This document shows positions 47,921-59,461 of a DNA stretch of 64,000 nucleotides, one piece after another. The notes below the pieces were generated by a model. The model did not search any database. It saw nothing but the letters and a program-made list of their open reading frames with translations, and was not told where the DNA came from. The stretch lies in the NCBI GenBank assembly GCA_043228905.1, contig JBHGNT010000017.1, positions 9,548,001 to 9,612,000 of the forward strand. Direction: 5' to 3'. The position numbers and the translations under genes were made by a program. How positions within the stretch are numbered: the first letter of the stretch is position 1; every line of letters starts with the position of its first letter. Source of the stretch: Azolla caroliniana (lineage: Eukaryota > Plantae > Polypodiophyta).

Positions 47921-50090
47921 TGTTGAGAGGGCAAGCTCAACCGGATCCGGATCGGCTGAATAAGCCAGAGCCGGATTGGTATCTGGAATGGAGAACCGGA
48001 TAGGTACCCGGATCAGTGTTCACATATATCGGTATCTAGAACCTAGAGTTGGACCGGAGAACTGGATCGTACTCTAGAATAGTGAGAACGGGTAGGCCGT
48101 TGGAGCCTACGGTCCAAGACTAGTACATGGGCATATTCCTTAGAGTTAGTGGCAGTCGCTCGTATGAGCATTGAAGTAAATGTCAGAACTTTTATCAGTT
48201 CTTTTAAGGACTTGTATAAAAAGTGTTGTGTAGGACATTTGTATGTATAGAGTGTTATTATTTTGAATTGAGTTTATGTTGTTCTGCTCTCTCTATCTCT
48301 CCCACTCTCTATCTGTGTTTTGTGAAGCTTGCATTAAACCTATACTCTTTCTGTTGTTGTCTGGGTGAACCGGTTTGTCAAAGCTTCCGCATATTAACTT
48401 TGACATGGTATCAAAGCGCGAGGTTTGAGAACCTCTATTATCGACAACTGATCAAAATAGAAAAACCTTAATCACCGGTAAAGAACAGACCAGAATGAAA
48501 CGAAATGGACCGAGGGATGGCAAGCTCGCTTCCGATAGAGAAGCTCGACAGAAACAACTATGCATGTCGGTCTTACAAGAAGCACCAATATCTACTTGGA
48601 CAGGGATACTGGAGCTATGTTTATGGAGCGAATGAAGTAGCACCAAATCCAACACACAAGGACTTCCTGACATGGGAACAAGGAGCGAGCAGAGTGTTGT
48701 ACTGTCTCGCATCCTGCGTGCCTAAGCAGATGCTTGGCTACATCAAGGACGCAAAAACACCAAAAGAAGCTTGGGAGAATCTAAAGAAGATTTTCGCGAC
48801 AACCATAACGGCCCAGAAGTTGCAGCTCCGACAAGAGCTCAAGGAGGGAAATGTTGGTTATCGACTACACCACCAAGATCAAGGAGTTCTATGACGCGAT
48901 CAGGTCCATCAACATGATGGTGGATGAAGAAGAGATGGTCCAGATCTACCTCAGTGGTCTAGCACAATGGTATGAACCAATCTAGACAATTATTTGAATC
49001 CAAGAGAAGCCATCGTCATTCTTTGACCTGCAATCGATGCTCATGGTCGAAGAAAATCACGAGAGTGGGTCAAGGACCACTCAATCGGACAACTAGATGT
49101 TGTACATGAAGGCGGATCGACCCTGTGGGCATGCAAGATGAGGTGGGTCAGCACGCAATGGTGGCGGTCAGCAAGAGCAGAATCGGAGGCAAAGAGATGG
49201 TGCTGACAGCAGTTCTGGACCCTCCACAAGCATGGGGAGTCAAAGCAGCACTAGAAACCGGCAAGGGAAGGCCGACACAGAATGTTGCTACTGTGGCAAG
49301 AAAGGCCACCATGAAAACGAGTGCTGGAAGAAGCGCGCTGATTAAGATAAATCTAGATCCGGCAAGGCCGAACAAGGGAACCATCAAAGTTCGCACTACG
49401 CAAAAGGATCAAAAGGATCCAGAACCAGAAAGACCAGAAAAGGGCCAACCTTCATGATGAAACATACCCTCCACGACATTCCAAACCGATTGGCTACAAG
49501 TGGGTATTCAAGGTGAAGTACAATGACGATGGTTTGGTCAACCAGTACAAGGCCTAATTAGTGGCCAAGGGATACGCGCAAACCCATGGAATTGACTACA
49601 ACGAGTTCTTCGCTCCGGTAGCGAAGATGACGACGGTTCGTGTGGTGCTAGTGGTTGTTATGGCAAGGGGTAGCATCTGCACCAAATGGACGTGAAGAAT
49701 GCATTTCTTCAAGGAGACCTTGAAGAACAAGTCTACAAGATCCAGCCCCCGGTTCTCAGTCGGAGATGAACAAGTTGGCAGTGTGCCGACTCAAGAAGTC
49801 ACCTTACAGCTTGAAGCAAGCCCCCACGCTTGGAATGCAAAGATCACGCATCGGTTGCGGAAGATGGGGTTTGCGGCTTCGAAGTCCGACTCTTCTCAGT
49901 TCATTCGGAAAGGTTCGGAAAGTCCAATATGTATCTTGCTATACATAGACGATCTGGTCACCACCGGACCAGGACTCGCTGAAATCGGCCAAGTGAAGTC
50001 CCAACTGTCGGATGCATTTGAAATGAAGGACCTCTGGGACCTTCATTACTTCCTCAGGATCGAAGTGATCCATACCCCCGACGGCATACT

Positions 50091-53000
50091 TGTTACACTT
50101 ACGTGTTCCTCGAGTAGCTTTGATGTGAACCATTTTTCCCTATACATGGGCACTTTTTACTCTAGTGCGGGCTACAAGTTGTTTCCCCATGTTACCACAT
50201 ACATGATTCACTCATATGTGGTGGTACTTAGTACTTAGGGATATATATTTCAGCTCCTATTAGTTTTTTGTATCATTCATCAATAGAGAGAGTTATTCCA
50301 GCCATTGTCTTCCTTGTGTGAGTGCTTCTTTGTTTGAGCTTCTTGTGTGTGCTTCTTGTGTGTTTCTCACTCTTCCTCACATACCCAACAGTGGTATCAG
50401 AGCCAAGTTCTTCATCCTCTCCATCTTCGGTTGTCTGCGTTGCGGCAACGCGGCGCGCACGCACTTTTTACTGTGCAAATCAACTTCTGAATATAGAGAA
50501 GTGTATTTCAGCACTTGGAGCTCATTTTCAGCAGGTGCCCTGCTATTTTACCCCCATTTCGAAGCCGTTTGTGTAGTCAAAATTGCCATCCACGTGATAT
50601 TTTGTGAGCTGCATTTTCAGCACTCATTTCAGATTTTGTTGAGGTAAGATTTTGCCACTTTCTTGTTCTCTGGTAAAATGGCAAACAACGGTGACTTGTT
50701 TGGCATGCTTCAAGCTGAATATAAGCTTGATGGGACTAACTATCCAATGTGGTCCTACACGATGAAACATTTTCTTGTTGCCAAACAACTATGGAACATA
50801 GTGGTAGATGTAGATCGGCGCCCCGCCGGTCCTACTACTTCACAATCTATTGTCACAGATACAGGTTCATCTTCGAGCACAGTGACTTCATCTATGCCAC
50901 CCACACAAGAGCAACTTAGATGGGATGGAAAAGATGCTCAAGCTCTTGCATTGATTGCACTTTCTGTGAAGCATCATATAGTTCCACATATTCGGTCATG
51001 CTCTACGTCCAAACAAGCATGGGACACTCTAGCTTCGTTGTATGCCATGCGTAACGAAGCACGTGTTGCATATTTGAGAAAACAACTTGAGGATGTATAT
51101 ATGGCTGAAAATGAGTCGGTAGATGTGTATGTGACACGCATCAAAGATTTGATAGAGCAATTGGCAAACATTGATGAAATCATTTCGAATACATCAGTTG
51201 TCTCTACGTTGTTGAAAGGATTACCCGAATATTTTCAAAGCTTTGCTACTACTATTTGTTTCGTTGCAAAAGGGAATACCGATATGTATGCATTTGATGA
51301 GATTGTGTCTCTTCTTTTGCAAGAAGAACAATCTAGAGTGAATAGAAGTGGTTTGATAGAGGGAACACAAGCACTTGCTATCTCACAAAAAGGAAAAAGC
51401 AAGCATGGTTCAGCTTTTGGTTCTTCAAAACCAAAGCCTCAACCTCCCTCTTTCACTTATTCCTCTAATGATGGTGATTTGCAAAAGAAGAAGAGATGCA
51501 AATATTGTCAAAAGGTTGGCCATACGATTGAAGAGTGTAGAAAGCTTGTTAAGTGCAATGAGAAGAAGAAGGAATCCGGCATGACCATTTCTGAAAATGT
51601 TTCAAGTGCAAAGAGTGATGAGGCCAACATGGCTCAAGATTATGGGGCATGTGTTGTTACATATCATTATGATGCATCATTGCACTCTAAATGTATGGTT
51701 GTAAGTGAGATTGATTCGGATTGGTTCTTTGATAGTGGTGCTTCAAAGCACATTACTTCATGCAAAAGTTTCTTTGCATCCTTGAAAGATGCACCCAAAG
51801 GTGTACATGTGGTGTGTGCAAACAATGCCTCTTATCCTATCATTGGTGTAGGAGAAATTGAGCTTTCGGCTGCAAATGGAGGTGTTGTCATCTTAAAGAA
51901 TGTATTGTATGTCCCCGGTATCAAGAAGAACTTAATTTCGGTTCCTTTGATTGCCAAAGGCAGACTTCATGTACATTTTGTTGATGATAAGTGCATGGTT
52001 CATGATTATAGCAATGGCGATTTTATCATGATGTCTGGTACATTATGCAATGGCTTGTACCATTTGGATACATACAAGAGGGCCTCTCTAAATGCCTTGG
52101 TTGTCCATACTTCTTCCATGGCTGAAATGGAGCTTTGGCATGCTCATTTTGGTCACTTGAACTTCAATAGTTTGCTTCACTTGCAAAAGAAGGATATGGT
52201 TATTGGGTTTCCTACACTTGAGTCCATTGAAAAACATGCATGTGAAGGTTGCATTCTTGGAAAAATGCATCGTGCTTCTTTTCCAAAAGATAGTCATACA
52301 CACTACAAGAAAATTACAACTTGTTCATAGTGATGTGTGTGGTCCTGTAAAGACTCCATCTTTTGGAAAGCATGTATATTTTGTTACCTTCATTGATGAT
52401 GCTACTCGTCATACATGGGTGTATCCTATGAAAGCAAAGAATGAAGTTTTTTCTTGTTTCGAATCATTTTTAGCTATGGCTGAAATTTTTTCCGCAAATA
52501 AGCTCTTGACTCTACGCACGGATCGTAATGGCGAATATATGTCACATGAGTTTAATGCTTTTCTTTGTGAAAGAGGTATTTTACATCAATGTACAGTGCC
52601 ATATACACCTCAACAAAATGGTGTTGCAAAGCGCAAAAATAGAACACTCTTAGAGATGGCACGATGTATGGTTAAAGGAAAACATCTTCCTAACAAGTTT
52701 TGGATGGAAGCGGTTATGTGTGCAAATTATGTGTTGAATCGTTGCCCTACAAAAGCGTTGAGAGTCATTACGCAATATGAGGCTTGGAATGGACATAAAC
52801 CTATGGTTAGTCATATGCGTGTGTTTGGTTGTTTGGCATATGCTCTTGTGCCATCACAACAACGTCACAAACTTGATGACAAGGCAAAGAAATGCATATT
52901 TATTGGTTATAGTGCTGAAAGTAAGGGATATCGTTTGTATTATCCATTGATGGACACAATTATTGTGAGTCGATATGTGCTATTTGCTGAAAATTCAGCT

Positions 53001-55254
53001 TTCCCTTTTCTTGAATGCAAAAAACACCCAACAATTAACTCACAAGATGTGTTTGATACACTCATGCCTTTGTTCCAAAGTGGTGCGCTTGACCATGGAC
53101 ATGTAGACCAGCCAAGTGAGTTTCAAAGGGATGAAAATTTCCAGAAAATAAGTGTTGAAAATGCACAAAATGTCCAACCAAATATGGCTGAACATTTGCA
53201 ACAAAATGTGGCTGAAAATGAGCATGAAATTCAGCCCACGCATGATGTACATATTGAAGATGTATTACATAATGAACGTATGGCTATTGAGAGGTCACAA
53301 ACTATGTCGAGGTGGCTGAAACAAACTTTGCGAGATAGCAAATTGAGTGCACCTTTACTTGGTAAAACAAGATCAAGCTCTCCCCATGCATCAAGTAATT
53401 TTGTGGATTATTCTATTGTTGCAATAGCATGTAATGAGGAGCCACTTACTTTTGAAGATGCATGTGATGATCCTCATTGGATGAGTGCTATGCAATCAGA
53501 AATGGATTCCATTCATAAGAATGGTACTTGGGAGTTATGTGAATTGCCAAAAGGAAAGAATGTGATTGGTACTAAGTGGGTTTACAAGATTAAACGAAAG
53601 TCCGATGGTAGTATTGATCGCTACAAAGCTAGATTGGTTGCCAAAGGATATGCACAACAATATGGCATTAATTATGAGGAAACTTTTGCATCTACTTCAC
53701 ACATGACTACCATTCGTACCGTGGTCGCATTGGCTGCCCAAAGAGGTTGGAAAATGCATCAATTGGACATAAAAACTGCTTTCTTAAATGGTGATTTGCA
53801 AGAAGAGGTTTATGTGAAGCAACCTCCTGGATTTGCTACGAAAGAGAAAGAGCATGTGGTTTGTCGCTTGCATAAGGCCTTGTATGGTCTCAAGCAAGCT
53901 CCACGTGCATGGTATGAAAAAATCCATGAGCACTTGATTGCTCTTGGCTTCACATGTAGTCCGATTGAAAGCACACTTTATGTACGCAAAGATGGGGCTG
54001 ATCTTCTAGTGCTCGTTCTTTATGTTGATGACATACTCTTGACTGGGTCATGTGAAGCAAAACTTGATTTTCTTATGGCTGATTTGTAGCATACTTTTGA
54101 AGTCACTTATCTTGGTCTTTTGAGCTACTACCTTGGCATCCAGTTTGTACCCGTTGAGGGGGGAATGGTTATGCATCAAGGAAAGAATGTTGAAAAACTA
54201 CTTCAGTGTTTTGACTTTGAGGATTGCAAGCCAGTTTCTACACTTGTGGAGAAAGGATTTAGGTTCTCTGTTGAGGATTCTAGTGATGCATTTGATACTT
54301 CTCTTTATCAACAAGTTGTGGGATGTCTTATATATGCATGCAATACAAGGCCGGATATACAGTATGCAGTCTCCTAGTTGAGTCGATTCATGCATAGCCC
54401 TGGCACTAAGCATTGGCAAGCAGTGAAACGTGTGCTTAGATATCTTAGAGGCACTTTGAGCTTGGGTCTCTTTTATGGTAGAGATACTCAGCCATGCTTG
54501 CATGCTTTTACAGATAGTGATTGGGCTGGTTGTTACGATACTCGCGTCTCCACTAGTGGTAATTGCTTTTTCCTTGGAAACTCATGTATATCTTGATTGA
54601 GTAAAAAGCAACCTACATTTGTGACATCAAGTTGTGAAGCTAAGTACAAGGCAGTTTTCACAGCTACAGTGGAGTGTATATGGCTAAGACGCCTTTTGAT
54701 GGATCTTTGCATGGAGATTGATGTTGCTACACGTATTCTCACAGATAGTCAGAGTGCATTGGTTGTTGCACGGAATCCCGTATTTCATGCACGGACCAAA
54801 CATATTGAGGTGCATTATCACTATGTGAGAGAGCGCCTTCATGCAGGAGATATTGATTTGGTATATGTGCCTACACAAGATAATGTGGCAGACATATTCA
54901 CCAACGCTCTTCCACAAGAAAAGTTTGAAGCTTTTCGCAAAGCTTTAGGGGGGTTTGTTACACTTACGTGTTCCTCGAGTAGCTTTGATGTGAACCATTT
55001 TCCCTATACATGGGCACCTTTTACTCTAGTGCTGGCTAGAGGTTTTTTCCCCATGTTACCACATACATGAGTCACTCATATGTGGTGGTACTTAGTACTT
55101 AGGGATATATATTTCAGCTCCTATTAGTTTTTTGTATCATTCATCAATAGAGAGAGCTATTCCAACCATTGTCTTCCTTGTGTGAGTGCTTCTTTGTTTG
55201 AGCTTCTTGTGTGTGCTTCTTGTGTGTTTCTCACTATTCTTCACATACCCAACA
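50091..55254 (+). mobile_element. Full-length Copia-D element
   Basis: LTRs 50091-50390 and 54956-55254; perfect TSD ATACT; PBS TGGTATCAGAGCC (iMet); PPT AGGGGGG. Confidence 0.95.
50678..54955 (+). pseudogene. Copia-D gag-pol polyprotein with one frameshift (about 52300) and stops at 54087, 54375 and 54594
   Basis: CKYCQKVGHTIEEC, FFDSGAS, VHSDVCGP, PQQNGVA, LYVDD, FTDSDWAG and ARTKHIEVHYH in copia order. Confidence 0.92.
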
Positions 55255-55712
55255 ATACTGTTATCTCAATGACATTATGTGTTGAATATGTTGTACAAGT
55301 TTGGCATGATGGATTTCCGACTAGTCTCCACACCCCTGGACCGGAACTTGAAGCTTCGTCCCGACTCCAGACCGGCCTACAATGAGAGATGGTTCTGACA
55401 GATTGTTGGAAGCCTTATATATTTAACAATCACCCGACCTGACATCAGCTATTTGGTCGGGATGATCAGTCAATTCATGCAGAAGCCAACCGTGGAGCAC
55501 CTTCAATGCACACACTGAATATTGAGGTATGCTTTCAGCACTAAGGACCGGGGATTGTTATACCGACACGGTATAACCGAAAAGCTAGTTGGATATACAG
55601 ATGTCGATTGGGCCAGTCATCTGTCCACTTCCGATTTCATGTTTTCTCTAGGTAGTGCAACTGTTGCGTGAAGTAGCAAAAAGCAGCTGATAATGGCTTT
55701 ATCGAGCACTGA

Positions 55713-58700
55713 GTCTACAAGCACGCACACCAACAACAGAATGTTGTACACGGAGGGAGATAGGCCCCGTGAACGTGGAGGACGAGGTGAGTCAGCGCGC
55801 AATGGAGGCGGCCGACGAGGTCAAGGAAGAAGGCACCGAAGTGATGCCGACAGCAACTCCAGACCCTCCGGAAACAGGGGGAGTCGAAGCAATGAGAACC
55901 GGCAAGGGAAGGCCATCGCGGAGTGCTGGTACTGTGGCAAGAAAGGCCACAGGGAAAGTGAGTGTTGGAGGAAGCGCACCGATTCGGAGAGAACCGGTTC
56001 CAAAAACGGCTCCGAACATACCAACAAGGGAAATCGGCAGCGATTGCACTACGTTGAAGACTCCGGGAGAGCCGGAGAAGGGTCTGCCTTCGTGACGAGA
56101 CACGAAGCAAACTCAATGAAACAGACCACCCCGAGATCGGACGAGGTGTGGTACGTAGACTCCGGAGCGTCAAACCACATGACGAGCCATAAGGAGTGGT
56201 TCTCGTACCTGGAAAAACCGATACAACCTGGAGTAGTCGCAACTGGAGACGACACTCCGCATCCGATCGCGAATGTCGGAGAAGTTCCCCTTAGCCATGT
56301 TGGGCAGAAAGGGAAACTCATGAACATGTTGCACGTTCCGACAATCACGAAGAACTTGGTCTCGGTCGGACAGATCGTCGACCAAGGGATGGAGGTTCGG
56401 TTTACACACCTCGGGTGCTTCATTGAGGAAGAAGGCTGTGTGATTGCGCAAGGGCGCAAAGACGGGAGGATGTTCATCCTCGACTCCACTGACGGCGGCA
56501 CCGCAATGTTCGCGAAGGGACAAAAATCCGAGTTGGACATCAACTTGTGGCACAAGCGGATAGGCCACGTCAACTACTAGCGGCTTCAAGATTTTCAATC
56601 GAAACAGGTAGTGTTCGGATTGCCCGAATTTAGTGGCCGAAAGGCACAAATCTGTGAAGCTTGCCAGCTAGGGAAGCAACACCGACTTCCTTTTCCCAAC
56701 AAGCGAAACCGGAGCCGGAACAAGCTCGACCTTATACACTCTGATGTATGGGGGCCGGCACAAAACATTAGTCTTGGCGGGAGCCGATATTTCGTCTCCT
56801 TCATCGACGACCACACGCGGCACACGTGGATCTACCTCATTGAGAGGAAGAGTGAAGTCTTCGACAGTTTCTGGGACCTCAAAGGGTTCATGGAAACGGA
56901 AACGGGACGAAAGATCAAGTGCCTACGGTCGGATGGCGGGAAAGAGTACTTTTCCGGTCAATTCAACGGTTACCTACAACAAATGGGAATTCGCCGCGAA
57001 TTCAGTTGTAGATACACGCTGGAGCAGAACGGCGTGGCCGAGAGGAAGAATCGGTCAGTTGTGGAAGCGGCACGGGCAATGCTGGAGGAGAAGAGCTTGC
57101 CCAAGTTCTACTAGGCCGAGGCAGTAAGGACCGCGGTATACATCCAGAACCGGATCGGAGACAAAGTGTCGGCGCACGAGCTATATTTCGGAACGAAGCC
57201 GAACTTACGACACTTGAGGGTGTTCGGTAGCATTGCGTATGTGCATGTACCGAAGGAGAAAAGGAGGAAGCTGGACACAAAGGCCGAGAAATGCATCTTG
57301 GTCAGTTACTCAGATGAGCAGAAGGGTTATAAGTGCTATAACCCTCGCACCAAACAAGCGCATGTTAGCCGCGACGTTGTGGTTGACGAGTCTGTGTCCT
57401 GGTACCAGCCCCCGACTCCGAACCCCGACTCCAATCCGTGTTCTAACGATGAGTCAGCGAGGCCGAGATGCCTCTGGATGAGCCCGAAATCGAGACCCGC
57501 GAAGAGAGTCCGATTTCACTCCGTTTAACTGGACCGGTTGGAGGACTGAGTCGGCACGATCAGTCCGATGAAGAGCCGGCGAGTAGTGGAGACTCGGCCG
57601 TGCATTCCCTGCGCAGGAAGTCGAGGACACGGCTTACGCACAAAGAGAAGGGGAAGAAGAAGGTGTCGGATTCCGGCACGGATAAGAACGAGTTAGACCG
57701 ACGTGAGTCCGACTCCGAGGGAACCGGTGACGGGTCTTTAAAGGTGAAGACCGCGTCGACCGAGAAGGCCTCGACATCGGCTAATGGCTAATGTGAGATT
57801 ACGCCGATCTACCCGCCAAAAGAATCCTGTTTTGCGGTTCAGATACAACGAGTACATGGCGCATCATTATGCATACTTGACTGGCTAGTGGCAAAGGGCT
57901 ACACGCAGAAACACGGCATCGACTATGATGAGACGTTTGCGCCGGTCGCGAAAATGACGACCGTCCGTGTTTTGCTCGCACTAGCTGCGGTGAAGGGGTG
58001 GCACCTACATCAGATGGATATAAAGAATGCGTTCCTGCAAGGTGACCTTGAGGAACAGGTGTATATGGTACAACCCCCCGGATTTCACTCTGGAACGAAC
58101 TCCTGGGCAGTATGCCGACTGAAGAAGTCCCTTTACTTACTGAAGCAAGCCCCGCGTGCCTGGAACGCGAAGATCACGCAACAACTGTGTCGGATTGGCT
58201 TCATCACGTCAAAATCAGACTCTTCCCTGTTCATCTGGAAAGGTCGACTCGGAGCGGTTAGTATTTTACTATATGTTGATGACTTGGTCATCACCGGCGC
58301 TGACCTAGGTGAAATCGACCGCATGAAGCTCTAGCTTGCGGCATCGTTCGACATGAAGGATCTGGGGGACCTTCATTACTTCCTCAGGATCGAAGTGATC
58401 CGTACCCCCGAAGGCATATTGATCAACCAACGTCATTACGTGCTGAGTATGCTCTTCAAATTTGGGATGGCCGACTGTAAGTCCGTCTCGACTCCTCTGG
58501 ACAGAACCGTCAAGCTTCGTCCCGATACGGGAAAGGTATGCGACCCGACGAGGTTCCGACAAATTGTCGAAAGCCTCATATACTTGACCATCACTCAACC
58601 CGACCTCAATTATCCGGTCTGAGTGATCAGTCAGTTCATGGCGCGACCTACCGAGGAGAACCTCCAATGTGCGCAACGCATACTTCGGTATGTCAACGGC

Positions 58701-59003
58701 ACTAAGGACCGGGTACTGCTATATCGGACCGGTGCAGCCACGCAGTTAGTCGGCTACACCGATGCTAATTGGGCTGGCAACGCCGCCGATCGCCGATCCA
58801 CGTCCGGATACGCGTTCTCCCTCGGGAGTGCCGTGATCGTGTGGAGTACTAAGAAGCAGCCGGCAGCTGCACTGTCGAGCACTGAAGCTGAGTACCGAAG
58901 AGCGGCTGTCGCGACATGCAAAGCCATATGGTTGAAACGACTGCTTCGGGACCTGTAAGAGGAGGTGTCAAATCCGACGACGATCTACTGCGACAACCTT
59001 AGC
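55713..59003 (+). mobile_element. Second Copia-C internal region (gag C-terminus, protease, integrase, RT, RNase H), decayed
   Basis: CWYCGKKGHRESEC, WYVDSGAS, IHSDVWGP, LRSDGGKEY, LYVDD, GYTDANWAG; interrupted at YCDNLS by the 59004 element. Confidence 0.9.
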
Positions 59004-59009
59004 TGTCAT

Positions 59010-59072
59010 GATATGGCAAGACTCGAACCCATGACCTTATGCTACATGGGTCAAGCTCTTACCATTAGACTA
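59010..59072 (-). other. tRNA-like A-box/B-box module in a Tcn1-like LTR, antisense to the element
   Basis: Minus strand reads TAGTCTAATGGTAAG...GGTCATGGGTTCGAGTC. Confidence 0.7.
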
Positions 59073-59449
59073 TGAATTGTATTTTGTAGAATATTATTTT
59101 CATTTATGCTTTATCATAGAAAATTGATGTATATTCTAGATCTCTCTGGAACATTCTAGAAGCTTCAGGATTATTCCTAAAAACACTATAAAAGGAGGCA
59201 CAAGGCATTGTTTTGAACCAAATTGGTTCAACGCTAGTCTTAAGCCTCTTAGCCGCTTGTACTTATCTTTTCACATAATATATTAGTTGTTGTCATCATC
59301 TCTCTCTCTCTCTCATTCTCGCTATCTCTCTCTCTCCTCTTCTCACTTCCTCTCTCGGGAATCTTACGCAGTCCCGTCCTCTTAGTACTAATAGTACTGC
59401 TGTTCTTTAGTACTAATTCCATCTCTGCTTTAGTACTATTCCTGACAAT

Positions 59450-59461
59450 TTGAACCAATTT
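59450..59461 (+). promoter_or_regulatory. Self-priming PBS (Tf1-type)
   Basis: TTGAACCAATTT is the exact reverse complement of 59220-59231, which lies about 30 nt downstream of TATAAAA at 59187. No TGG tRNA-type PBS is present. Confidence 0.78.

Larger units (their letters stand above)
47921..55712 (+). mobile_element. Copia-C element, internally deleted (integrase missing), interrupted by Copia-D
   Basis: LTR 47921-48405; PBS TGGTATCAAAGC; gag 48505-49460 joined directly to RT; RT resumes at 55260 and continues to RNase H ALSSTE. Confidence 0.85.
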
